The notes under the pieces are model-generated. The model was given only the letters and a program-made list of their open reading frames with translations. It made no database searches and was not told the origin of the DNA. A stretch of DNA of 64,000 nucleotides from NCBI RefSeq assembly GCF_964204645.1, contig NC_134033.1:454131-518130 (forward strand), given 5' to 3'. Below are positions 48,301 through 60,167 of the stretch, piece after piece; position 1 is the first letter of the stretch, and every line of letters begins with the position of its first letter. This DNA is from Tubulanus polymorphus. Its lineage: Eukaryota > Animalia > Nemertea. A program made the position numbers and the translations under genes.

Positions 48301-51300
48301 ACATCTAATAGACTGCCATCTAGAACTCACCGACCCTGTACCCCGGCAATCAATATATAAACTCACAGTTACCCTGTACATCTAATAGACTGCCATCTAG
48401 AACTCACTGACCCTGTACCCCGGCAATCAATATATAAACTCACAGTTACCCTGTACATCTAATAGACTGCCATCTAGAACTCACTGACCCTGTACCCCGG
48501 CAATCAATATATAAACTCACAGTTACCCTGTACATCTAATAGACTGCCTTCTAGAACTCACTGACCCTGTACCCCGGCAATCAATATATAAACTCACAGT
48601 TACCCTGTACATCTAATAGACTGTCATCTAGAACTCACCGACCCTGTACCCCGGCAATCAATATATAAACTCACAGTTACCCTGTACATCTAATAGACTG
48701 CCATCTAGAACTCACCGACCCTGTACCCCGGCAATCAATATATAAACTCACAGTTACCCTGTACATCTAATAGACTGCCATCTAGAACTCACTGACCCTG
48801 TACCCCGGCAATCAATATATAAACTCACAGTTACCCTGTACATCTAATAGACTGCCATCTAGAACTCACCGACCCTGTACCCCGGCAATCAATATATAAA
48901 CTCACAGTTACCCTGTACATCTAATAGACTGCCATCTAGAACTCACCGACCCTGTACCCCGGCAATCAATATATAAACTCACAGTTACCCTGTACATCTA
49001 ATAGACTGCCATCTAGAACTCAAGGACCCTGTACCCCGGCAATCAATATATAAACTCACAGTTACCCTGTACATCTAATAGACTGCCTTCTAGAACTCAC
49101 CGACCCTGTACCCCGGCAATCAATATATAAACTCACAGTTACCCTGTACATCTAATAGACTGCCATCTAGAACTCACCGACCCTGTACCCCGGCAATCAA
49201 TATATAAACTCACAGTTACCCTGTACATCTAATAGACTGCCATCTAGAACTCACCGACCCTGTACCCCGGCAATCAATATATAAACTCACAGTTACCCTG
49301 TACATCTAATAGACTGCCATCTAGAACTCACCGACCCTGTACCCCGGCAATCAATATATAAACTCACAGTTACCCTGTACATCTAATAGACTGCCTTCTA
49401 GAACTCACCGACCCTGTACCCCGGCAATCAATATATAAACTCACAGTTACCCTGTACATCTAATAGACTGCCTTCTAGAACTCACCGACCCTGTACCCCG
49501 GCAATCAATATATAAACTCACAGTTACCCTGTACATCTAATAGACTGCCTTCTAGAACTCACCGACCCTGTACCCCGGCAATCAATATATAAACTCACAG
49601 TTACCCTGTACATCTAATAGACTGCCTTCTAGAACTCACCGACCCTGTACCCCGGCAATCAATATATAAACTCACAGGTACCCTGTACATCTAATAGACT
49701 GCCTTCTAGAACTCACTGACCCTGTACCCCGGCAATCAATATATAAACTCACAGTTACCCTGTACATCTAATAGACTGCCTTCTAGAACTCACCGACCCT
49801 GTACCCCGGCAATCAATATATAAACTCACAGTTACCCTGTACATCTAATAGACTGCCATCTAGAACTCACTGACCCTGTACCCCGGCAATCAATATATAA
49901 ACTCACAGTTACCCTGTACATCTAATAGACTGTCATCTAGAACTCACCGACCCTGTACCCCGGCAATCCATATATAAACTCACAGTTATCCTGTACATCT
50001 AATAGACTGCCTTCTAGAACTCACCGACCCTGTACCCCGGCAATCAATATATAAACTCACAGTTACCCTGTACATCTAATAGACTGCCTTCTAGAACTCA
50101 CCGACCCTGTACCCCGGCAATCAATATATAAACTCACAGTTACCCTGTACATCTAATAGACTGCCATCTAGAACTCACCGACCCTGTACCCCGGCAATCA
50201 ATATATAAACTCACAGTTACCCTGTACATCTAATAGACTGCCATCTAGAACTCACCGACCCTGTACCCCGGCAATCAATATATAAACTCACAGTTACCCT
50301 GTACATCTAATAGACTGCCATCTAGAACTCACCGACCCTGTACCCCGGCAATCAATATATAAACTCACAGTTACCCTGTACATCTAATAGACTGCCATCT
50401 AGAACTCACTGACCCTGTACCCCGGCAATCAATATATAAACTCACAGTTACCCTGTACATCTAATAGACTGCCATCTAGAACTCACCGACCCTGTACCCC
50501 GGCAATCAATATATAAACTCACAGTTACCCTGTACATCTAATAGACTGCCTTCTAGAACTCACCGACCCTGTACCCCGGCAATCAATATATAAACTCACA
50601 GTTATCCTGTACATCTAATAGACTGCCATCTAGAACTCACCGACCCTGTACCCCGGCAATCAATATATAAACTCACAGTTACCCTGTACATCTAATAGAC
50701 TGCCATCTAGAACTCACCGACCCTGTACCCCGGCAATCAATATATAAACTCACAGTTACCCTGTACATCTAATAGACTGCCTTCTAGAACTCACCGACCC
50801 TGTACCCCGGCAATCAATATATAAACTCACAGTTACCCTGTACATCTAATAGACTGTCATCTAGAACTCACCGACCCTGTACCCCGGCAATCAATATATA
50901 AACTCACAGTTACCCTGTACATCTAATAGACTGCCTTCTAGAACTCACTGACCCTGTACCCCGGCAATCAATATATAAACTCACAGTTACCCTGTACATC
51001 TAATAGACTGCCTTCTAGAACTCACCGACCCTGTACCCCGGCAATCAATATATAAACTCACAGTTACCCTGTACATCTAATAGACTGCCATCTAGAACTC
51101 ACTGACCCTGTACCCCGGCAATCAATATATAAACTCACAGTTACCCTGTACATCTAATAGACTGCCATCTAGAACTCACCGACCCTGTACCCCGGCAATC
51201 AATATATAAACTCACAGGTATCCTGTACATCTAATAGACTGCCATCTAGAACTCACCGACCCTGTACCCCGGCAATCAATATATAAACTCACAGTTACCC

Positions 51301-54300
51301 TGTACATCTAATAGACTGCCTTCTAGAACTCACCGACCCTGTACCCCGGCAATCAATATATAAACTCACAGGTATCCTGTACATCTAATAGACTGTCATC
51401 TAGAACTCACCGACCCTGTACCCCGGCAATCAATATATAAACTCACAGTTACCCTGTACATCTAATAGACTGCCATCTAGAACTCACCGACCCTGTACCC
51501 CGGCAATCAATATATAAACTCACAGGTATCCTGTACATCTAATAGACTGCCATCTAGAACTCACCGACCCTGTACCCCGGCAATCAATATATAAACTCAC
51601 AGTTACCCTGTACATCTAATAGACTGTCATCTAGAACTCACTGACCCTGTACCCCGGCAATCAATATATAAACTCACAGTTACCCTGTACATCTAATAGA
51701 CTGCCATCTAGAACTCACTGACCCTGTACCCCGGCAATCAATATATAAACTCACAGTTACCCTGTACATCTAATAGACTGTCATCTAGAACTCACCGACC
51801 CTGTACCCCGGCAATCAATATATAAACTCACAGTTACCCTGTACATCTAATAGACTGCCATCTAGAACTCACTGACCCTGTACCCCGGCAATCAATATAT
51901 AAACTCACAGTTACCCTGTTCATCTAATAGACTGCCTTCTAGAACTCACTGACCCTGTACCCCGGCAATCAATATATAAACTCACAGTTACCCTTTACAT
52001 CTAATAGACTGCCTTCTAGAACTCACCGACCCTGTACCCCGGCAATCAATATATAAACTCACAGTTACCCTGTACATCTAATAGACTGTCATCTAGAACT
52101 CACCGACCCTGTACCCCGGCAATCAATATATAAACTCACAGTTACCCTGTACATCTAATAGACTGTCATCTAGAACTCACTGACCCTGTACCCCGGCAAT
52201 CAATATATAAACTCACAGTTACCCTGTACATCTAATAGACTGCCATCTAGAACTCACTGACCCTGTACCCCGGCAATCAATATATAAACTCACAGTTACC
52301 CTGTACATCTAATAGACTGCCATCTAGAACTCACTGACCCTGTACCCCGGCAATCAATATATAAACTCACAGTTACCCTGTACATCTAATAGACTGCCAT
52401 CTAGAACTCACCGACCCTGTACCCCGGCAATCAATATATAAACTCACAGTTACCCTGTACATCTAATAGACTGTCATCTAGAACTCACCGACCCTGTACC
52501 CCGGCAATCAATATATAAACTCACAGTTACCCTGTACATCTAATAGACTGCCATCTAGAACTCACCGACCCTGTACCCCGGCAATCAATATATAAACTCA
52601 CAGGTATCCTGTACATCTAATAGACTGCCATCTAGAACTCACCGACCCTGTACCCCGGCAATCAATATATAAACTCACAGGTATCCTGTACATCTAATAG
52701 ACTGCCATCTAGAACTCACTGACCCTGTACCCCGGCAATCAATATATAAACTCACAGTTACCCTGTACATCTAATAGACTGCCATCTAGAACTCAAGGAC
52801 CCTGTACCCCGGCAATCAATACACAAAGGGTTAATGTTCAGCCAGACTCACTGATTTGTCCGTCACCGATTAAAACTTTTAATGATCGATAAAAGCATTA
52901 AAAAGTGAAGTTTGTTTTAAAAGCTTTTAGTTTATTTAAAATCAGATTTGCGCTTATGGTTTTTTTTTTTGCGCGTTCGGGATAGGATTATGAAAGACTG
53001 AAGTGAAAGACTCTCGACAAGAAAGCAATTACCAGATTTATAGAATATCAGTCTAATACTGGTCTATTGAATATTGAGTGGGATTAAAGCGGACCTGCAT
53101 AATACATACAAATATAAAGACACCTTTTCAAGAGATACTTCAGAAAAATTTGTAAATTCAATAGACTAAAAATCTTGGTACATAACATACAAACATATAA
53201 CATATAAACATAAATGACGAAATCCTGACAGTTTCTCGTCAACTGTTAAAACTGGAATTATCTCGAATAGAATTTTATGTAAGGATATAAAAAGTGAACG
53301 ACAGGCCTACATAAACCTGATTTTACTTTCAATAGATTACAACAAGCAAATATAAGACAACAATTCGATACTAACCACGCGTAACCGATGACGATAGTAC
53401 GTTTAGCCATCACGCGAGTGCGGAACAAATCGATTAAACTATATTTATGAGTCATCGTCAGACGTAGTCGTTCCGTCCTAAAATATAAAAAACATTGTTT
53501 ATAAGTATACATATCTAATTTCGAGTTCGGGCGGCCATTTTGTTAGAAATTCAGCGGCCTATAGTTTGAATACGGTAGAATCCAAACCTAGGTTCGACTA
53601 TCAGATTTTTGATTAATATTCTAATAGAACTACTAAATACAGCTGGCCAGCTGAGCAGTTTTTACTTTGTCAGGTGACCCGACCGAGAGCTCTTCAAACT
53701 CTGAGAGGCCTAGTTATTTATGAAAACATTCTCACTTAATGACTTTGACGATTCAGTAAAATTATGATTAGTTACTGATGACGACCTTCTTATTCTCGAT
53801 GACTTCAACAATTCAGTAAAATTATGATTAGTTACAAATGACGACCTTCTCATTCTCAGTGACTTCAACAATTCAGTAAAATTATGATTCAGCCTAAACG
53901 TCACCAGTACAAATATCGTATTTTGTAGATTATTTTTTACTCACTGTTCGATTTCGACGAGTAAATCTCTACTAATCGGGTCACGTTTATTACAACGAGC
54001 CATCTTATTCAGCCAATAGAGGGCGTCGTCTGTACGCTTTTTCTGTATCAGCCAACGAGCGCTCTCCGGTAGAAAACTGAAATATATCAACGATCGGATC
54101 ATGAGTGGACAGGTGCGGAAACCAGTTCCACAATGTGGAAATGTGGAAGTGGATACTTACAAGATCATGAAAGGGAAGAGTGGCAGAGTGAGTAATCCGA
54201 CTATTAGTGATAACCAGCGCCATGTGCCGAATACAAAAGCCATCAGAGCGATAGAAAGAGGTCCGAGTTTCCATCCGAACCGGTAACACGCGACTGTACG

Positions 54301-57300
54301 TCTCGTCGGTCCCAGGTATTCTATAGCTATTATTGGAGCTATACATATTACACCACCTACAATATACATATCAAACCATGTGAAACAGGGGTGGATCAAC
54401 CAGGGGGAGACACCGCAGGGGTGGACACCGCAGAGGCCGGTTCCATAGTCATGGCTTAGACTTAAGCCCAGTCTAAGACCATGTTAGTTGTATAGCCAAC
54501 CTAACAACTTAAGACCAATCTTAAGACTTAACCCCACTTTTGGACTTAAGTCTCCACTATAGAACTGGCCCCAAGGGCAAGTCGCACAGTCATGACTTAA
54601 GTCCAAAAGTGGTCTTAAATCTTAAGACTGGTCTTAAGTTGTTAGATTAGCCATAGAACAAAGTTGATCTTAGACTGGTCTTAAGTCTAAGACATGACTA
54701 TGCAACTAGCCCCCGGGGCTAAATTTTTGCTCTGCGGACTGTTGTCTCATTAGTTGTGGGTTTACAAAAAGGCGGCGTGGGAAAATAGCGGTTCTCCAGT
54801 AAACTATTGATCAATCTATTCTGAAATATGTAACCGAAAAACTACATGAACAGTCAATTATTTGATACAATGAATGCTTAGATTCATTCTGTTCAATTCT
54901 AACAATATTCCATTAATTATTGACATTCATTCGCCTTCAATCCGCGTTTAGTAATTGAATTCCACAGTTCAGACGACACCAGACTATTCACGTCTTGACA
55001 GACGGCACAAAAATCTGAACAACCGCATAAAAATACAATCGGTTCTCGATCAATTCAGTCATGTGGCTATTATTCGATATTTCTAATGATAGACCATTTT
55101 TCGACCCGTGACACAAAAACTACTGATCTACATTTAACAGCCAGACTGAATCACGTGTGTGTCTCAATAACTGAACCCTGTAACACCGACACAATTGATC
55201 TCATAAATATTACACCTGATTAAAACTTGCAATCGTACGTTTCATTTTTCTACCTTCTATCATTGAAATACACGCGGGGAAAACCAATTCTGAACTGTAC
55301 TCAAAATAGAACTGAATGAACCCATCTCCCTCCCAGCAGCTCGATTCACACATGTTTCAAACAATGAACACATATTGGTTTTTGCTACGAAAAATATAAA
55401 ATATTTTCACGTTTTTATATTTCTATGTAGAATATGAAAATTAAAAATATCCACGCGCAAAAATCTCTCATTAAAACGTCAGATGAATCTGTCTTCATTT
55501 CGACCGGTGTTGAATGTTTTTTTTTCAAAATGCAATATGAAAAACCTGACGACTTTTTATAGCTTTCCAATCGTACGATTAGAACGCAGCTGAACACGCA
55601 GCTGAACACGCAGCTGAACACGCAGCTGAACATGCAGCTTTTTTAAACTTTGAACACAGTTCACATATTAATAATTCTGAGTTATTTACTGTTGACAATC
55701 TGAACGAACATTTTGAGCAACGGCAGTTCCAGATTTAATCCCCGAGGTTCACAGTGTCCTATCAGTGGTAGAACTAGTTGAATTAGTCAGTAGAATATTC
55801 AACAGCTTTCAGTCTAGTTCAGTAGAATATTCAACAGCCATCAGTCTAGTTTAGTAGAATATTCAACAGCTTTCAGTCTAGTTTAGACCGGTCTGAAAGA
55901 GCAAACAGGTCCGGTCCAAATCTATGCGTGTGTACAGAAACTGGTACCAGGTCAGAAAATCGTAATTCTGAATCTCTGCGGTTGATGTCGCGACCTCTGC
56001 GGTAGAGTGTGAGTCCAGTTTATTAAGTTTAAAATGCTTATAATACCGTTTATGTAATTATATTTTTAAGTAAAAAGTTGTCAAAACACTGCGCGAACGC
56101 TCACCAAAATTTGGTACGGTCTAAATTTGGACCGGACCAGGTACGGACCCATTTAGACCGGTCTAACTAGTTGTCGTTTGAACGCGGCATATGATTCAAT
56201 CATTTGATCTATACAAGCCTTATCAATTTAACAGTCATACACCTAATTCTACAGTCATTATCTAAATTACACGCAGGTACAATTAAGGCACATCACCTTT
56301 ATTTTATTTCCTAAAACTTTACATATCCATAATTTACTGACTACTAATTACCGACTTATGAAAAATTGAGCCAGGTGCCGCAGAATGGCTGGTTGGAGAA
56401 CTAGCATTTACACCAGCGGTATAGGATTCCATCCATCACGAACAACAAGCCGCGGGCTAACTCAATCGAAAATGAATTCAGTTAGCCCTAGGGTTAAAGT
56501 TAATACCAGTCCATAAAACCGGTCCCCGACTCATAAAAATTTCAAACTTACCGCTGAATATTCCGACCCAGGTTCGTAAAAAAACGTAAACTTCGAACGT
56601 GTTCGTCGCGCATAAACACGATTGAGAACAGATCAACAGGAACCAGACGACAAGCATCGTACGCTTCCTACCGAACCAATCAGATAACTGACCTCCGATT
56701 AAAGCACCGCATAAAACACCGGCAAAGAATAAACTACCGACTAGTTTAGCTAGGTACGCACGGTCACATATCAGATCCCACTAGAAAATATAAACATTAT
56801 AAATATTTCACTAATTATCTTTATTGTAGAGTGTGATAAAAAAAAACAACTGTGAGTTGGATTAAACTCTGAACTCAGGATCCAGTTCCACAGAGTTGGA
56901 GTTAACTCTGAACTCAGGATCCAGTTCCACAGTTGTGAGTTAGAGTTAACACTGAACTCAGAATCCAGCATCACAGTTGTGAGTAAGGGTGGGACTCTGA
57001 ACTCAGGATCCAGTTCCACAGTTGTGAGTAAGGGTGGGACTCTGAACTCAGGATCCGGTTCCACAGTTGTGAGTTATAGTCAACTCTGAACTCAGGATCC
57101 GGTTCCACAGTTGTGAGTTAGAGTTAACTCTGAACTCAGGATCCAGTTCCACAGTTGTGAGTTAGTTAAGTTAAGAGGAAAATCCGTTAATTTCAAATGC
57201 TTCAACTCTATAAGACAATTTCTAACCCAGTCCTTTGTTCAGAGTCCTAGGTTCAGAGTCCTAGATTCAGGTCAAATGTTTAAAGCAGTCTTAAGGGAAT

Positions 57301-58048
57301 CTGATGCTACCAATTTTTAAATGAATGCTAATAAAAAGATTGCAAACATTAGGAGTGGTATTTTTCAAAATCAATCACAGTTTAATTGATTTCTGCTTTA
57401 GACGTCACAAACATCTGAACTGTGTAAATATTGAAAAAATATGTTAAACATCATTTCTAAAACTGTCCCAAATCTATGTATATTGAATCAGATTGCGGAC
57501 GGTTTTGAGTTTCATTGAACCGCGTCCAAAAATACTGTCACATCTACGAGAAACAGGAAAACATTCTCAAGAATTCAGAGGTGGAAAATAATATCTTTCT
57601 AGGGGGTTCTCGAGAGGGTTCTTGGGTTCGTCGTTCTCACCTGTGCAACGATGGACCAGAAAACGCCGTTATACGTGATATTAGCACACCCGAGATCGCA
57701 GCGTTCCTGTTCGCTCATTTTAGTCCGGTTTCCAATCCGTGTAGTGTAATCCGTATCGGAGCACGTCCACTGCGGGTCGGCCGTTTCGAACACAAAATAC
57801 ATAATGGCCGCCGCGCAGCTGGTTTCGATCAGCTGCGAGAATACATACACCATTATATGATAATATCCAACATCCCCCATCACTTTATAAATATCATCGA
57901 ATACTTTCTTCTCGGGAATCGTCGTAGTAACCAGTTCGTTCTTAACGTCTCCGTTAGTGAATTTATACTCAACAATGTTACGGTCGTCAGCGGTTACGCA
58001 ATCTGACCCGACCATCGTTTCTTTATTGTCTAATGTATTCGATTCCAT
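45388..58048 (-). CDS. SLC22 / organic cation transporter-like MFS protein, ~586 aa
   Basis: Exons (minus): 58048-57641, 56780-56552, 54356-54161, 54076-53945, 53477-53376, 47883-47749, 46904-46701, 46455-46383, 45669-45388; 1761 nt in frame. Family motifs SIVAQWDLICD, LSDWFGRK, LPESARWL, GRRK, TELFPTLLRN, IPETKNQPLPD. Confidence 0.92.
45832..46110. repeat. ~90-bp tandem repeat (3 copies) of a dispersed family also seen at ~3945, ~18110 and ~20150
   Basis: aaattgaattagaaatacaaattgagactcaaaaatagagatgacttcagtaatgtgac and its reverse complements. Confidence 0.75.
46168..46370. repeat. (GGAGGAGGTG)n 10-bp G-rich repeat, ~20 copies
   Basis: Direct periodicity. Confidence 0.95.
46487..46660. repeat. 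18-bp minisatellite (gataatcaattaactgat)
   Basis: Tandem periodicity. Confidence 0.9.
47439..47670. repeat. ~29-bp minisatellite (tcagcccactcatatcataccacctc core)
   Basis: Tandem periodicity. Confidence 0.88.
47891..52821. repeat. 77-bp satellite, ~64 highly similar copies (~4.9 kb), inside an SLC22 intron
   Basis: Period 77 (47891->47968); unit atatataaactcacagttaccctgtacatctaatagactgccatctagaactcaccgaccctgtaccccggcaatca. Confidence 0.97.
53748..53890 (-). repeat. 60-bp tandem unit, reverse-complement relative of 36625-36768
   Basis: tcataattttactgaattgttgaagtcatcgagaatgagaagg shared. Confidence 0.8.
54434..54713. mobile_element. Two MITE family A copies, adjacent and inverted
   Basis: 54434-54572 forward, 54575-54713 reverse. 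Confidence 0.8.
56862..57165. repeat. ~42-bp minisatellite derived from the MITE family B terminus
   Basis: caggatccagttccacagttgtgagttagagttaactctga matches the left end of the 18591 element. Confidence 0.85.
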
Positions 58049-59681
58049 TTTCGTTCGTTTTTGTAGAAACAGCTCGTTAAGATGCGATTCTCAATGAGAC
58101 CTGAAATAGGAAATATATGAATTAATGACAGTTTTACCGCGCGGCGAATGTTAGTCGCAATAGGGGGCGCAGTTAGTTCGTAAAAAGAGGATTTAGTCGA
58201 ATTTAATAAAGATTTGAATTATAAATCGCATGCATAAAAACATGGTTAAATATCCGGTTTGTAAGGGATCATAAGGCCTATTGAATATCTCGATAGGTGT
58301 TGAAAATTCAATAAAGGCCTGAATCAAAAATTGCCAAAATAAAATGAATTTTCGGTGCGATTGATTGAATAGAGAAAAGGTGGAGTTTACCTGTGGTGCT
58401 GATGTAAAGAAACTCCTGTCTCTACTCAGTGATATAAGGAAATAAACTGGTGGCCGCTCACTCATACCGGTTCAACTGTCAGCACGAGACTAACAAAACT
58501 TCATCGATCTTGCGCGAGTTATACAACTACCCAACCCGGGGCTGCTGGGGTCGCGCGGCGGACAGTGTGGTGCGGTTCACACTGTCTCTCTCTATCCCAC
58601 ATACACACAACCCGCTCTATTCCACCATTCAACACATTTCAACTCCTTCCATTCCACAATTATAAAGTTTTCAACGCGTATTCCTGCTTTTAATCGCGAT
58701 GTGTGGGAAGTTCGCTAATAAATTTTCAGTTGAATTTGCTATGTTGGTATCGACCGTCAAGTGCTGCCCCTATCAAAAACGTTGGCGGTAAAAACGGGAA
58801 CTAACTTTCTACTCGCCTGCCAGACACTTTTACCAGCTTAAAGGACGAACTATTTACCAACGGCGTACGACACGGAACGCATTGGCAGCGGGCGAGCCGG
58901 ATTGGAGAGGAAATCGTTAAATCATTGAAACAGCGTTGAAACCTTAAATCTACTAAAGTTTGACTTTTTAGTAACGGGGAATTTGCATTTCTTGGCAGGT
59001 GGAAGGACGAGAGACCACTGAATAACGAGAGAAATGCCAGATCCTGCAGTGTTATAGAGCGGTACCGATGTATGTAGTGTTTGTTATAAGAAGCTACCTG
59101 AACCGTTGGAAGTCGCGGCCGAGCAAAAGGTCCTCCAGTACGGTAACCCCACTCTTGTGGCCCCAAATAAAAATTGCGAAGTGAATAAAACCGCCTTGGT
59201 CTCTTAACATTGCGATTTTGTTCTCAAAAAGCATCCCCAGGATCATTCTTCTTGACTGATGACACTGCACAGTTTCGTTGCCGCCGGGCTGTCCATTCAG
59301 CCAACTCACGACCAGTTATATATTTTAATGATTCAGATATAATACATATATATTTCGAGCGACGTTTCGGCTAAATACTATTAGCCATCAACTGGCGCAC
59401 TGAAAAGGATATAGGCCTACTTAAACAGTTAAATAGGCAGAGACTGAGAGGATAAAAAGTCTGAGACTGGGAGGGTTTCAGGGCTCTGTGATCCTGATGC
59501 CCCAAAATCCACAAATTGATAGATCCATTTATTCCTCAGATATTAGCTAAAGCTAAAACAAACAATTGAGTAAGAAATGAGTAAGTTTTATCAGGAAATA
59601 TTTGTTTATTCTGAACTCATAAGGCGTACAGGTACCAATATACAGTATTTACAAGAATGACATTCATTTCAAAAAGCAAGA

Positions 59682-59683
<2 letters not shown>

Positions 59684-59752
<69 letters not shown>
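59684..59752. repeat. (GA)n microsatellite
   Basis: Direct. Confidence 0.97.
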
Positions 59753-59755
<3 letters not shown>

Positions 59756-59848
59756 GTGAGGGAGGAATGAGGAGAGTGAGAGGAGAAAGGGAGAAGGGAG
59801 GTTGGAGTGAGCTGAGAGAGGGAGAGAGTAGACTAGGGGAGAGGAAGC

Positions 59849-60097
59849 TGGGTGCGATCTAAGCACTTGTCCGATTGTCCGGTACAAGTATATTCTCATC
59901 AAGGCAAGTAGGTTAACATTGTCCCCCGGGCTAGTGCAATTTTATGTCACAAAGCTTTTTTCCACTCGATACAATGAATGATAATGCCACCAATCGGACT
60001 GCCTGTTTAGGGCTAGTAGCTTTTGGAGGGGGCAAGCGAAATTTCAGATATGCTTGCCCCCCGGGCAAGTGGCTTTCATTCCTTAGATCGGACCCTG
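59849..60097. mobile_element. hAT-like MITE
   Basis: Termini ctgggtgcgatctaag / cttagatcggaccctg; TSD not clear. Confidence 0.5.
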
Positions 60098-60167
60098 GGA
60101 AGATAGAGGAGGAATAGAAGAGGAATAGAAGGGGAGAGAAGGGGGGATAGGAGAGAGGGGGAGTTTA

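Noticed and set aside
47891-52821. CRISPR-like array
   Set aside because: No unique spacers, eukaryotic intron, no cas genes; plain satellite
57515-58006. Plus-strand 163-aa ORF
   Set aside because: Antisense shadow of SLC22 coding exon 1
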